64,000 nt of DNA from Escherichia coli (GCF_003334255.1 NZ_QOWU01000018.1); one strand, 5' to 3'. Positions 1-16,937 are shown, numbered from the stretch's first letter. The notes: a model not told the origin generated them from the letters alone. Numbers and translations are program-made.

Positions 1-77
1 AGCTGATAGAAACAGAAGCCACTGGAGCACCTCAAAAACACCATCATACACTAAATCAGTAAGTTGGCAGCATCACC
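1..77 (-). mobile_element. IS1 terminal segment (left inverted repeat plus first codons of insA); element body lies beyond window start
   Basis: Positions 1-77 are the reverse complement of the IS1 IRL end as I recall it (GGTGATGCTGCCAACTTACTGATTTAGTG...CTATCAGCT); reading leftwards from pos 22 gives GTG GCT TCT GTT TCT ATC AGC = start of InsA (MASVSIS). Confidence 0.85.
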
Positions 78-363
78 CGCTTGTAGAATGGCGGATTTGG
101 TTTGAAGCCTATTTTTTACTCTGCTATGTACCGTGCTTAATTTACTATTTTTTCTATTGTCGATTCCTCTGGCATAACGATTTTATGATGGCATGTGACA
201 TGTATTTCCGTTGGGGGCATTTTAATAAGTGAGGAAGTGATAGGAAGTGACCAGATAATACATATATGTTCTGTACTCTCTTGCGCATTTTGATTGTTGA
301 CTGAGTAACCAGACAGTTGATGTGCACGATTTCCCCTCGCCCTAACAGACGTGGGCGGGGGCA

Positions 364-967
364 CCCGGTGTGTGCAATATACGAAAAAAAAGCCCGTACT
401 TTCGTACGAGCTCTTCTTTAAATATGGCGGTGAGGGGGGGATTGACTCGCTTCGCTCGCCCTGCGGGCAGCCCGCTCACTGCGTTCACGGTCTGTCCAAC
501 TGGCTGTCGCCAGTTGTCGAACCCCGGTCGGGGCTTCTCATCCCCCCGGTGTGTGCAATATACGAAAAAAAAGCCCGTACTTTCGTACGAGCTCTTCTTT
601 AAATATGGCGGTGAGGGGGGGATTGACTCGCTTCGCTCGCCCTGCGGGCAGCCCGCTCACTGCGTTCACGGTCTGTCCAACTGGCTGTCGCCAGTTGTCG
701 AACCCCGGTCGGGGCTTCTCATCCCCCCGGTGTGTGCAATATACGAAAAAAAAGCCCGTACTTTCGTACGAGCTCTTCTTTAAATATGGCGGTGAGGGGG
801 GGATTGACTCGCTTCGCTCGCCCTGCGGGCAGCCCGCTCACTGCGTTCACGGTCTGTCCAACTGGCTGTCGCCAGTTGTCGAACCCCGGTCGGGGCTTCT
901 CATCCCCCCGGTGTGTGCAATATACGAAAAAAAAGCCCGTACTTTCGTACGAGCTCTTCTTTAAATA
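364..967. repeat. Tandem direct repeat array, 181-bp unit x about 3.3 copies, immediately downstream (in transcription direction) of serX
   Basis: Identical sequence recurs with period 181 (e.g. tggcggtgaggggggg at 425, 606, 787 and in the tRNA at 968); the identical ORF-track proteins at 370, 551 and 732 confirm the period. Confidence 0.95.
927..954 (-). terminator. Intrinsic terminator of serX (8-bp stem, GAAA loop, T8 on minus strand); copied in each repeat unit at 746-773, 565-592, 384-411
   Basis: Minus strand reads gctcgtacGAAAgtacgggc followed by tttttttt directly after the tRNA CCA end. Confidence 0.7.
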
Positions 968-1055
968 TGGCGGTGAGGGGGGGATTCGAACCCCCGATAC
1001 GTTGCCGTATACACACTTTCCAGGCGTGCTCCTTCAGCCACTCGGACACCTCACC
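968..1055 (-). tRNA. serX: tRNA-Ser (anticodon GGA)
   Basis: 88-nt reverse complement GGTGAGGTGTCCGAGTGGCTGAAGGAGCACGCCTGGAAAGTGTGTATACGGCAACGTATCGGGGGTTCGAATCCCCCCCTCACCGCCA; long variable arm, encoded CCA. Confidence 0.95.
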
Positions 1056-1249
1056 AAATTGTCGTTCCTGTCTTGCTGGAACGGGCGCTAATTTAGGGAA
1101 ATCATGACCTGAGGTCAACAAACTTTTTGAAAAAATCGCGCGTTTATTCAAACTTCAATCAATGTGTGGTTTTAATAAGCGAAATCTGCTTTTTTTGCCA
1201 CCGACCACGGATTTGTTATGCTGGTGGCCTTTGTAGATCATAACGATAA

Positions 1250-2227
<978 letters not shown>

Positions 2228-2281
2228 TAAAGCATCAGGATTCCTGCTATCCTTGGCGGGAATTGAATACAGGAGAGAGTT

Positions 2282-3019
2282 ATGTATCCCGTCGACCTTC
2301 ATATGCATACCGTTGCCAGCACACATGCATATAGCACATTAAGTGATTACATTGCCCAGGCCAAACAAAAGGGCATTAAACTTTTTGCGATCACCGATCA
2401 TGGCCCGGATATGGAAGATGCGCCGCATCACTGGCACTTCATTAACATGCGTATCTGGCCGCGAGTGGTTGATGGGGTAGGGATCCTGCGCGGCATCGAA
2501 GCTAACATTAAAAATGTTGATGGTGAAATTGACTGCAGCGGTAAAATGTTTGACTCGCTGGATCTAATTATTGCCGGTTTTCATGAGCCGGTTTTTGCGC
2601 CACATGACAAAGCGACCAATACACAAGCGATGATCGCCACTATCGCCAGCGGCAATGTGCATATAATAAGCCATCCCGGAAATCCCAAATATGAAATAGA
2701 TGTGAAAGCCGTTGCTGAAGCAGCCGCGAAACATCAGGTGGCGCTGGAAATCAATAATTCCTCATTTTTACACTCACGTAAGGGCAGTGAAGACAACTGT
2801 CGTGAGGTAGCCGCAGCGGTACGTGATGCTGGAGGTTGGGTGGCATTAGGCTCGGATTCTCACACCGCGTTTACCATGGGGGAATTTGAAGAGTGTCTTA
2901 AAATCCTCGACGCGGTAGATTTTCCGCCAGAGCGCATTTTGAATGTTTCTCCGCGCCGCTTACTGAACTTCCTTGAATCTCGCGGTATGGCACCGATTGC
3001 GGAATTTGCAGACCTTTAA
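2282..3019 (+). CDS. ycdX: PHP-domain phosphatase YcdX
   Basis: 245 aa, N-terminal [14 protein letters not shown] metal-binding motif typical of PHP domain. Confidence 0.93.
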   Translation: MYPVDLHMHTVASTHAYSTLSDYIAQAKQKGIKLFAITDHGPDMEDAPHHWHFINMRIWPRVVDGVGILRGIEANIKNVDGEIDCSGKMFDSLDLIIAGFHEPVFAPHDKATNTQAMIATIASGNVHIISHPGNPKYEIDVKAVAEAAAKHQVALEINNSSFLHSRKGSEDNCREVAAAVRDAGGWVALGSDSHTAFTMGEFEECLKILDAVDFPPERILNVSPRRLLNFLESRGMAPIAEFADL

Positions 3020-3042
3020 TTACTAGTAATGGAAATATATTA

Positions 3043-3597
3043 ATGAACGAGTTTTCTATCCTCTGTCGTGTGCTGGGTTCGCTCTATTACCGCCAACCAC
3101 AAGATCCTTTACTGGTGCCGCTGTTTACCCTGATTCGTGAGGGGAAACTGGCTGCGAACTGGCCACTGGAGCAGGATGAGTTGCTGACACGTTTGCAGAA
3201 AAGCTGTGATATGACGCAAGTCTCTGCCGATTACAATGCGTTGTTTATCGGCGATGAATGTGCTGTGCCGCCATATCGTAGCGCATGGGTTGAGGGCGCG
3301 ACGGAAGCGGAAGTGCGCGCTTTTCTTTCTGAGCGAGGGATGCCATTAGCGGATACGCCAGCCGATCACATCGGCACATTGCTGCTCGCAGCTTCCTGGC
3401 TGGAAGATCAGTCAACGGAAGATGAGAGCGAAGCACTGGAAACACTGTTCAGTGAGTATCTGTTACCCTGGTGTGGTGCGTTCCTTGGCAAAGTGGAGGC
3501 CCATGCAACCACGCCTTTCTGGCGCACCATGGCACCGCTAACCCGCGATGCCATTAGTGCAATGTGGGACGAGCTGGAAGAAGATTCTGAAGAATAA
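3043..3597 (+). CDS. ycdY: TorD-family chaperone YcdY
   Basis: 184-aa ORF immediately after ycdX, sequence recognised. Confidence 0.9.
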   Translation: MNEFSILCRVLGSLYYRQPQDPLLVPLFTLIREGKLAANWPLEQDELLTRLQKSCDMTQVSADYNALFIGDECAVPPYRSAWVEGATEAEVRAFLSERGMPLADTPADHIGTLLLAASWLEDQSTEDESEALETLFSEYLLPWCGAFLGKVEAHATTPFWRTMAPLTRDAISAMWDELEEDSEE

Positions 3598-3698
3598 GTG
3601 TGATCTACGTCACTCATAACTGCAACGGATAATTTGTTGTTGCATAAAATGTGTGCTCGATCTCATTCATGGCCGCGTTTTCTGCTATCATGCGCGGC

Positions 3699-4190
3699 AT
3701 GAACATACTTCTCTCTATTGCAATCACAACAGGCATTCTCTCCGGTATCTGGGGATGGGTGGCTGTTTCCCTGGGCTTACTAAGCTGGGCGGGCTTCCTG
3801 GGCTGTACGGCCTACTTTGCCTGCCCGCAAGGTGGGCTGAAAGGGCTGGCGATCTCCGCTGCAACCCTGCTTAGTGGCGTGGTGTGGGCGATGGTCATTA
3901 TTTACGGTAGTGCACTGGCACCACATCTGGAAATTCTCGGTTATGTCATAACCGGTATTGTCGCGTTTCTGATGTGTATTCAGGCCAAACAGCTGCTGCT
4001 TTCATTTGTTCCGGGGACGTTTATAGGCGCATGCGCGACGTTTGCCGGGCAGGGTGACTGGAAACTGGTGTTACCTTCGCTGGCGCTTGGGCTGATATTT
4101 GGTTACGCAATGAAAAACAGTGGCCTGTGGCTGGCGGCGCGTAGTGCAAAGACGGCGCACCGTGAGCAGGAAATCAAAAATAAAGCGTGA
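3699..4190 (+). CDS. ycdZ: Inner membrane protein YcdZ (DUF1097)
   Basis: ORF 3651..4190; start placed at ATG 3699 (MNILLSIAITTGIL) giving 163 aa; hydrophobic throughout. Confidence 0.85.
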   Translation: MNILLSIAITTGILSGIWGWVAVSLGLLSWAGFLGCTAYFACPQGGLKGLAISAATLLSGVVWAMVIIYGSALAPHLEILGYVITGIVAFLMCIQAKQLLLSFVPGTFIGACATFAGQGDWKLVLPSLALGLIFGYAMKNSGLWLAARSAKTAHREQEIKNKA

Positions 4191-4253
4191 GGGGCACTCA
4201 CGCTTTCGCTTAAACAGTAAAATGCCGGATGATAATTCCGGCTTTTTTATCTG

Positions 4254-5087
4254 TCAGGATTCCGGTGGAACCGACATATGGCGGTATTTCACCAGAATGT
4301 CATTCTGCCGTTCTGCTTTATTTTGCAAATCCCACAGACCACGGTCGATACCATCATTAATCAGGAAAATGACCCCTGTTTCGATAGCCGACATCAGGCA
4401 CAGCATAACAGGTTCGTTCGAGGTGTAACCCACTTCCCCTTCAAGCAAGCGCTGGTAGTCAATAAAGCGGAAAACCCCGGCCTGAACTTCATAGGAAAGT
4501 ATCGTCTTACTGGTGTTCACCGAAGAAAGGATCTCGCCGGTACTCACATTGACGACGCGCAGGTTCACGGCAATCTGATCGAGCTGGTATTGCGTGTCGG
4601 CACCGATGCCAAAATATCTTGCCCCAACCCCGCCAGATTTGACGTTGCTTTCATAACCGATAATCGAACCTTCAACCATGATATTTGCCGCCGTTAAAGA
4701 TTGCAGCGGGATTCGGTTATTAATGGCAACCGTGCCGTTTTCTTGTGCCGCACGAATAATCTTGCGCTCGTTAAGCAGGTTTTGTAAGCCCTGGCGCTCC
4801 AGCGGTATAAACCAGCGAGAATCTTTCAGTGCCGTGACCAGCATTGCCGTGGCGCTTTGCGGAACAGCAGTGGAGAAGTTACTTGCCGGGTAGGGTTTAA
4901 ATTGCCCGGTTTCGTCCTGAATGTTGTATACCGAAACAAAGATTTTACCCGTCGGCGCTGGCAGATGGGTCAAATCTTTGTAGCTCTGAGCACGAGGCAT
5001 TAATGTCGGTCTGGCGGCTTCTTTAGGCGGGGCGGTTAAGCATCCGCTCAGTAACATGACGGCAACCAAAAGAAATAAGCGCTGCAT
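4254..5087 (-). CDS. csgG: Curli secretion channel lipoprotein CsgG
   Basis: 277 aa, lipoprotein signal MQRLFLLVAVMLLSGC. Confidence 0.96.
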   Translation of the reverse strand: MQRLFLLVAVMLLSGCLTAPPKEAARPTLMPRAQSYKDLTHLPAPTGKIFVSVYNIQDETGQFKPYPASNFSTAVPQSATAMLVTALKDSRWFIPLERQGLQNLLNERKIIRAAQENGTVAINNRIPLQSLTAANIMVEGSIIGYESNVKSGGVGARYFGIGADTQYQLDQIAVNLRVVNVSTGEILSSVNTSKTILSYEVQAGVFRFIDYQRLLEGEVGYTSNEPVMLCLMSAIETGVIFLINDGIDRGLWDLQNKAERQNDILVKYRHMSVPPES

Positions 5088-5113
5088 GATTATTTTCCTT
5101 ATGAAGCTGGGGC

Positions 5114-5530
5114 TTAAAAATCGGTTGAGTTATTTTGTAAACCCGAAACCTGGATGGTCGAGGTTTGTCCGGTTTTACGATCTGTCACGTTCAACTGCAA
5201 TTGACCATCGCGGTTGGCAATATCGATAATATAATCGTTGGTCACCATGCGGCCCGGTTTACCGGTATTAATATTCGACAGTAGCCCACCTAAAATTTGT
5301 GACTGGATGGCCTGAGTAAAGTTATCTAACGCTGAGGGTGTTTCAATACCAAAGTCATCGTTATAGCTCGGATCTTTATAAGAGTTTTGGGCCTGAGCGC
5401 TATTTAATAAAAAAGCGCCATTATTTGGGTTACCACCAAAGTTTGGATTACGGAACTGGAAAGTCATGGTTCCAGCCCAACTTAATGGCGAAATAAGCAT
5501 GAGTAGAACTACTGCATGTTTGACACGCAT
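5114..5530 (-). CDS. csgF: Curli assembly protein CsgF
   Basis: 138 aa with signal peptide; in csgDEFG order. Confidence 0.95.
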   Translation of the reverse strand: MRVKHAVVLLMLISPLSWAGTMTFQFRNPNFGGNPNNGAFLLNSAQAQNSYKDPSYNDDFGIETPSALDNFTQAIQSQILGGLLSNINTGKPGRMVTNDYIIDIANRDGQLQLNVTDRKTGQTSTIQVSGLQNNSTDF

Positions 5531-5554
5531 TGCAGCCTCCGAACAATTTTTTAT

Positions 5555-5944
5555 TTAGAATTCATCATGCGCCAAATCGCCCGTACTTAATAACGCCTGA
5601 TTTATTTGGCGACGATTTAGTGCTTCTTCAGTTTGAATCAGTGCAAAGACGACAGTTTTCTCGAAGTCTCTTTTCAACGGAAATAAAAAAGTCTGGAAAA
5701 TAACGTCCTGATTGACCGTTATAGTGATCCAGCTTCCCCATCGTGCACTGGGCCTTTCATTAATCGTTAAGTTACCCGTATAGTCACTTTCCCATTTATC
5801 ACTAAAGGCTCGGTAAAAATCATGGCCAATAGATGAAACAGTATGGTCAGTTAGCAATCCCGGGACTTCTACCTCAACGGCGTGAAGATTCCCTGCGGCG
5901 AACAGAAATTCTGCCGCCACAATCCAGCGTAAATAACGTTTCAT
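5555..5944 (-). CDS. csgE: Curli secretion specificity factor CsgE
   Basis: 129 aa with signal peptide. Confidence 0.95.
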
Positions 5945-5948
5945 GGCT

Positions 5949-6599
<651 letters not shown>

Positions 6600-7353
6600 G
6601 ATGAAACCCCGCTTTTTTTATTGATCGCACACCTGACAGCTGCCTCTAAAATAGAAGCACCAGAAGTACTGACAGATGTTGCACTGCTGTGTGTAGTAAT
6701 AAATCAGCCCTAAATGGGTAAAATATAAAACTAATGGATTACATCTGATTTCAATCTAGCCATTACAAATCTTAAATCAAGTGTTAAACATGTAACTAAA
6801 TGTAACTCGTTATATTAAAATGTTAACCTTAAGGTTTTATTAAGTTTAGAAATGATAGAAAAGTTGTACATTTGGTTTTTATTGCACAATTTTAAAAAAT
6901 CATACAAATGGTGATAACTTACTAATAATGCATATAAAAAATATTTCGGTGTAGTCCTTTCGTCATGTAAAACGTTCTTGTTTTTTCTCCACACCTCCGT
7001 GGACAATTTTTTACTGCAAAAAGACGAGGTTTGTCACGGCTTGTGCGCAAGACATATCGCAGCAATCAGCGACGGGCAAGAAGAATGACTGTCTGGTGCT
7101 TTTTGATAGCGGAAAACGGAGATTTAAAAGAAAACAAAATATTTTTTTGCGTAGATAACAGCGTATTTACGTGGGTTTTAATACTTTGGTATGAACTAAA
7201 AAAGAAAAATACAACGCGCGGGTGAGTTATTAAAAATATTTCCGCAGACATACTTTCCATCGTAACGCAGCGTTAACAAAATACAGGTTGCGTTAACAAC
7301 CAAGTTGAAATGATTTAATTTCTTAAATGTACGACCAGGTCCAGGGTGACAAC
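6600..7353. promoter_or_regulatory. Divergent csgD-csgB intergenic control region (csgD promoter and long 5' leader, csgB promoter)
   Basis: 754-bp AT-rich spacer between divergent csgD and csgB start codons. Confidence 0.85.
6781..6806 (-). promoter_or_regulatory. OmpR-type binding site in the csgD promoter
   Basis: Minus-strand sequence GTTACATTTAGTTACATGTTTAACAC matches the csgD OmpR box as I recall it; sits about 180-210 nt upstream of the csgD ATG. Confidence 0.55.
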
Positions 7354-7809
7354 ATGAAAAACAAATTGTTATTTATGATGTTAACAATACTGGGTGCGCC
7401 TGGGATTGCAGCCGCAGCAGGTTATGATTTAGCTAATTCAGAATATAACTTCGCGGTAAATGAATTGAGTAAGTCTTCATTTAATCAGGCAGCCATAATT
7501 GGTCAAGCTGGGACTAATAATAGTGCTCAGTTACGGCAGGGAGGCTCAAAACTTTTGGCGGTTGTTGCGCAAGAAGGTAGTAGCAACCGGGCAAAGATTG
7601 ACCAGACAGGAGATTATAACCTTGCATATATTGATCAGGCGGGCAGTGCCAACGATGCCAGTATTTCGCAAGGTGCTTATGGTAATACTGCGATGATTAT
7701 CCAGAAAGGTTCTGGTAATAAAGCAAATATTACACAGTATGGTACTCAAAAAACGGCAATTGTAGTGCAGAGACAGTCGCAAATGGCTATTCGCGTGACA
7801 CAACGTTAA
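7354..7809 (+). CDS. csgB: Minor curlin subunit / nucleator CsgB
   Basis: ORF 7327..7809; start at ATG 7354 (MKNKLLFMMLTILGAPGIAAA) gives 151 aa. Confidence 0.95.
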   Translation: MKNKLLFMMLTILGAPGIAAAAGYDLANSEYNFAVNELSKSSFNQAAIIGQAGTNNSAQLRQGGSKLLAVVAQEGSSNRAKIDQTGDYNLAYIDQAGSANDASISQGAYGNTAMIIQKGSGNKANITQYGTQKTAIVVQRQSQMAIRVTQR

Positions 7810-7849
7810 TTTCCATTCGACTTTTAAATCAATCCGATGGGGGTTTTAC

Positions 7850-8305
7850 ATGAAACTTTTAAAAGTAGCAGCAATTGCAGCAATCGTATTCTCCGGTAGC
7901 GCTCTGGCAGGTGTTGTTCCTCAGTACGGCGGCGGCGGTAACCACGGTGGTGGCGGTAATAATAGCGGCCCAAATTCTGAGCTGAACATTTACCAGTACG
8001 GTGGCGGTAACTCTGCACTTGCTCTGCAAACTGATGCCCGTAACTCTGACTTGACTATTACCCAGCATGGCGGCGGTAATGGTGCAGATGTTGGTCAGGG
8101 CTCAGATGACAGCTCAATCGATCTGACCCAACGTGGCTTCGGTAACAGCGCTACTCTTGATCAGTGGAACGGCAAAAATTCTGAAATGACGGTTAAACAG
8201 TTCGGTGGTGGCAACGGTGCTGCAGTTGACCAGACTGCATCTAACTCCTCCGTCAACGTGACTCAGGTTGGCTTTGGTAACAACGCGACCGCTCATCAGT
8301 ACTAA
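7850..8305 (+). CDS. csgA: Major curlin subunit CsgA
   Basis: 151 aa, signal peptide plus Gly/Asn/Gln-rich imperfect repeats (SELNIYQYGGGN, SDLTITQHGGGN). Confidence 0.97.
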   Translation: MKLLKVAAIAAIVFSGSALAGVVPQYGGGGNHGGGGNNSGPNSELNIYQYGGGNSALALQTDARNSDLTITQHGGGNGADVGQGSDDSSIDLTQRGFGNSATLDQWNGKNSEMTVKQFGGGNGAAVDQTASNSSVNVTQVGFGNNATAHQY

Positions 8306-8324
8306 TACATCATTTGTATTACAG

Positions 8325-8351
8325 AAACAGGGCGCAAGCCCTGTTTTTTTT
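8325..8351 (+). terminator. Intrinsic terminator after csgA
   Basis: aaacagggcGCAAgccctgttt hairpin followed by a T-run. Confidence 0.7.
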
Positions 8352-8363
8352 CGGGAGAAGAAT

Positions 8364-9128
<765 letters not shown>

Positions 9129-9222
9129 GTTTCTGAACAACTCACGTTGCTGAGCAGAAAAATGCGATTTAACCAAAAAGCCTGCTGTACACTTAAGAAA
9201 CAAGAAGGTGTAAGGAGGCGTT

Positions 9223-9756
9223 ATGAAAACGCGTATTCATGTTGTGCAGGGTGATATTACCAAACTGGCCGTTGATGTGATTGTGAATGCGGCTAATCCG
9301 TCATTAATGGGAGGCGGCGGCGTCGATGGGGCCATTCATCGCGCAGCGGGTCCGGCCCTGCTGGATGCTTGTTTAAAAGTCAGGCAACAGCAGGGCGATT
9401 GCCCTACGGGGCATGCCGTTATTACGCTTGCAGGCGATCTTCCCGCTAAAGCCGTAGTGCACACCGTCGGGCCAGTCTGGCGTGGTGGTGAACAAAACGA
9501 AGACCAGCTTTTGCAGGATGCCTATCTCAATAGCCTACGACTGGTGGCGGCAAACAGCTATACGTCAGTGGCTTTTCCTGCAATCAGTACTGGGGTTTAT
9601 GGTTACCCTCGTGCGGCAGCGGCTGAAATCGCAGTAAAAACCGTTTCAGAATTTATTACCCGTCACGCTTTACCCGAACAGGTATACTTTGTCTGTTATG
9701 ATGAAGAAAACGCCCACCTCTACGAAAGACTCCTTACCCAACAAGGAGATGAATGA
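9223..9756 (+). CDS. ymdB: Macrodomain protein YmdB (O-acetyl-ADP-ribose deacetylase)
   Basis: 177 aa, macro-domain motifs ([24 protein letters not shown]). Confidence 0.95.
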
Positions 9757-11179
9757 TTTGCCCCGGCTGGCGAGCGCGGTGCTGCCACTGTGTTCGCAAC
9801 ATCCCGGTCAGTGTGGCCTTTTTCCTCTGGAGAAAAGTCTGGATGCGTTTGCCGCCCGGTATCGTCTGGCCGAAATGGCAGAGCATACGCTCGATGTTCA
9901 GTATTACATCTGGCAGGACGATATGTCGGGTCGGTTACTGTTTTCCGCCCTGTTAGCCGCAGCAAAGCGTGGCGTTCGCGTCCGTTTGTTGCTGGACGAC
10001 AACAATACGCCCGGACTTGACGACATTTTACGCTTGCTTGACAGTCATCCACGCATTGAAGTCCGGCTTTTTAATCCTTTCTCGTTTCGCTTGCTGCGTC
10101 CGCTTGGTTATATCACCGACTTTTCCCGTCTTAATCGCCGTATGCACAATAAAAGTTTCACTGTCGATGGCGTGGTGACCCTGGTGGGAGGACGAAATAT
10201 TGGTGATGCCTATTTTGGAGCAGGGGAGGAGCCACTTTTTTCGGATTTAGATGTCATGGCAATAGGACCCGTGGTAGAGGACGTTGCCGATGATTTCGCC
10301 CGCTACTGGTATTGCAAATCGGTTTCACCCTTACAGCAGGTGCTGGATGTCCCGGAGGGTGAAATGGCGGATCGCATCGAGTTACCCGCCTCCTGGCATA
10401 ACGATGCCATGACGCATCGTTATTTACGCAAAATGGAATCCAGTCCATTTATAAATCATCTGGTTGATGGAACATTGCCGCTTATCTGGGCGAAGACACG
10501 TTTATTAAGTGATGATCCGGCGAAAGGGGAGGGCAAGGCAAAACGGCATTCACTGTTACCGCAGCGCCTGTTCGATATCATGGGCTCACCCAGTGAACGC
10601 ATCGATATTATCTCTTCCTATTTTGTACCGACACGCGCAGGTGTGGCGCAACTCTTACGGATGGTGAGAAAAGGGGTAAAGATTGCGATCCTAACCAATT
10701 CTCTTGCCGCTAACGATGTTGCTGTCGTCCATGCCGGATACGCGCGCTGGCGCAAAAAATTGCTCCGCTATGGCGTGGAATTATATGAACTCAAGCCGAC
10801 GCGTGAACAAAGTAGTACGTTACACGATCGCGGCATAACCGGTAATTCCGGAGCCAGCCTGCATGCTAAAACCTTTAGCATCGATGGTAAAACGGTGTTT
10901 ATCGGCTCTTTCAATTTCGATCCGCGTTCAACATTGCTCAATACTGAAATGGGCTTCGTGATAGAGAGCGAAACGCTGGCACAGTTAATTGATAAACGCT
11001 TTATTCAGAGCCAGTATGATGCGGCCTGGCAGCTCCGTCTGGACAGGTGGGGACGGATCAACTGGGTTGATCGTCATGCAAAGAAAGAGATTATTCTCAA
11101 AAAAGAACCCGCCACCAGTTTCTGGAAGCGGGTTATGGTCAGACTGGCGTCGATATTGCCCGTGGAATGGTTATTGTAA
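9749..11179 (+). CDS. clsC: Cardiolipin synthase C (phospholipase D family)
   Basis: ORF 9689..11179; ATG at 9749 overlaps the ymdB stop; the database protein may start at TTG 9758 (473 aa); HxK PLD motifs present (RMHNKSF, LHAKTF). Confidence 0.9.
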   Translation: MNDLPRLASAVLPLCSQHPGQCGLFPLEKSLDAFAARYRLAEMAEHTLDVQYYIWQDDMSGRLLFSALLAAAKRGVRVRLLLDDNNTPGLDDILRLLDSHPRIEVRLFNPFSFRLLRPLGYITDFSRLNRRMHNKSFTVDGVVTLVGGRNIGDAYFGAGEEPLFSDLDVMAIGPVVEDVADDFARYWYCKSVSPLQQVLDVPEGEMADRIELPASWHNDAMTHRYLRKMESSPFINHLVDGTLPLIWAKTRLLSDDPAKGEGKAKRHSLLPQRLFDIMGSPSERIDIISSYFVPTRAGVAQLLRMVRKGVKIAILTNSLAANDVAVVHAGYARWRKKLLRYGVELYELKPTREQSSTLHDRGITGNSGASLHAKTFSIDGKTVFIGSFNFDPRSTLLNTEMGFVIESETLAQLIDKRFIQSQYDAAWQLRLDRWGRINWVDRHAKKEIILKKEPATSFWKRVMVRLASILPVEWLL

Positions 11180-11186
11180 ATGTGGC

Positions 11187-12344
11187 TTAACGGGCTGGTG
11201 CTTTATCGTTCTCACGCTTAACAACCGGTTTACCAGAGAACAAAAACTTCAGTAACGGGATGCGCAAATGAATTTCATACAGAATTATCGCAATCCCTAC
11301 TACAAATATCAGGCCACAGAGAAAACCAAGCCAGTTGGAGGTGATGTGCGGTGTAATGTATGCGCCGAAAAACAGCGTTAACGGGTGGTGAACCAGATAG
11401 ATAAACAGCGATGCGTTAACAAAATAAGTCACCCGCGCTGACTGGAAGTTAAGCAAACGGTGGCCAAAGGAGAAGACCACATTCACCATCCACAGACCGA
11501 GGACCATGGTGATCACCGACTCGGTTTCGTACATCCAGGCATCGCCACTGCCATAGCGCTGGTTGAGTAAATAAGCGACAAACGCCAATGCTGCTGCAAG
11601 GGTACAGCCACGAGACGGCGTGGTAAACAAGGCTTTAAGATGAGGGAAAATGAAAGCCAGTGCGCCGAGGATAAAGAACGGCAAATAAAACAGCGTTTGC
11701 ATGACAATAAAATTGAACATGCCATTACTCAGAATGGGCGGATACACAATAAAAATCGTTCTTCTTATTACCGCATAACCGATGCCGAGGCATAAAAAAA
11801 TCACCGATAGTTTTACCATCGAGAATTTTTTATTCGTTTTATCAGAATTTTCTAAATTATTTCTGATGCGCTTAAATATCCATACGCACAGCGTCGTCAT
11901 GACCACTAACACCAGTAAAAACCACAGGTGTGATATTAATTCCCAGGCCAACGTATTATATTTGTCATACAATGACAGCCCAGGCCAACTTTCCGCTTTT
12001 CCTTTGACATATTGCAGCATAATAAATTGCGGTAATGTCAGTAGGGGGATGGCTGTTAACATCGGGATACCTACACGTTCGACACGTACTTTCCACCATT
12101 TTTTCAAGGGATAGCGTAAAAAAAGCATGTAGGAAAAGTAGCCGGATATAACGAAAAATACCTGCATGCGGAACGAGTGGATGAAGTCATTAAAAAGGGT
12201 CAGCCACAATGATGATTCGGCGCTATTCACATGCCATGTATGGCTCGAATAGATTAAAGAAATATGAAAAGGTATCCCTAACAACATCAGCCAGGCGCGG
12301 ATGGAGTCGAGGAAATATTCACGTTGCGCGGGTACTGGGTTCAT
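11187..12344 (-). CDS. opgC: Osmoregulated periplasmic glucan succinyltransferase OpgC (acyltransferase-3 family membrane protein)
   Basis: 385 aa, polytopic hydrophobic, sequence recognised. Confidence 0.9.
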   Translation of the reverse strand: MNPVPAQREYFLDSIRAWLMLLGIPFHISLIYSSHTWHVNSAESSLWLTLFNDFIHSFRMQVFFVISGYFSYMLFLRYPLKKWWKVRVERVGIPMLTAIPLLTLPQFIMLQYVKGKAESWPGLSLYDKYNTLAWELISHLWFLLVLVVMTTLCVWIFKRIRNNLENSDKTNKKFSMVKLSVIFLCLGIGYAVIRRTIFIVYPPILSNGMFNFIVMQTLFYLPFFILGALAFIFPHLKALFTTPSRGCTLAAALAFVAYLLNQRYGSGDAWMYETESVITMVLGLWMVNVVFSFGHRLLNFQSARVTYFVNASLFIYLVHHPLTLFFGAYITPHITSNWLGFLCGLIFVVGIAIILYEIHLRIPLLKFLFSGKPVVKRENDKAPAR

Positions 12345-12626
12345 ATATGGTTAACTAATCTCGGATTTTTCGTCTTATCCCTGTCGGGTTATGCCTTTAG
12401 GCTTGTTGCCATAGTGACACCGACCTGACCGCGCCAGGCGCAGGCTTCAAGGTTTTTATGCATAGCATCATCGCTACCACTAACCAGAATGGAAGCGTCT
12501 GTAAGACGGTTGATAAATAAATTTGCTGGCAAACCCTACACGAAGTCGATGCTTCTGTCTTTAGGAGAAGCACGGAAAGTGAAAACGGTTGCAATCAGGT
12601 GCTTAATCCATGAGCCAGCGTGCTGA

Positions 12627-16809
<4,183 letters not shown>

Positions 16810-16820
16810 AAACGTAGTTG

Positions 16821-16918
16821 CCTGATGCGCTACGCTTATCAGGCCTACATCGTTCCTGCAATTTATTGATTTTGCAAGACTTTGTGGATCGGATAAGGCG
16901 TTCACGCCGCATCCGGCA
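16821..16918. repeat. REP (repetitive extragenic palindrome) elements downstream of opgH
   Basis: gcctgatgcgctacgcttatcaggcctac and ggataaggcgttcacgccgcatccggca are canonical REP units. Confidence 0.8.
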
Positions 16919-16937
16919 AAAATAACGAGCCAATAAA

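Noticed and set aside
137-364. 75-aa minus-strand ORF between the IS1 end and the repeat array
   Set aside because: Starts inside the first repeat unit and runs through AT-rich DNA; no RBS and odd composition. I also checked whether 78-363 could be the 3' end of an interrupted plus-strand gene and found stops in all three plus frames.
364-967. Possible CRISPR array
   Set aside because: The repeat unit is 181 bp with no unique spacers between copies; copies are contiguous and derive from the tRNA flank, and there are no cas genes nearby.
351-1107. Plus-strand ORFs of 83-137 aa inside the 181-bp repeats (370..783, 551..964, 732..1091 and others) and the minus-strand ORF 900..1151
   Set aside because: They are produced by the repeat itself (period 181 is not a multiple of 3, so the frame rotates through all three frames), overlap the tRNA and its terminators, and show no protein-like features; kept only as a caveat because the tyrT repeats are reported to encode a small peptide.
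6815-7260. Short ORFs (63-64 aa) inside the csgD-csgB intergenic region
   Set aside because: AT-rich regulatory DNA; the ORFs have Lys/Asn/Phe-biased composition expected from AT-rich sequence and no RBS context.
7824-8296. Antisense and alternative-frame ORFs overlapping csgA (7824..8018, 7859..8068, 8114..8296)
   Set aside because: Shadow ORFs of the Gly/Asn-repeat csgA sequence; csgA itself is unambiguous.
12397-12594. 65-aa minus-strand ORF in the opgC-opgG divergent intergenic region
   Set aside because: Lies in the promoter region between divergent genes and has no recognisable motif; more likely non-coding.
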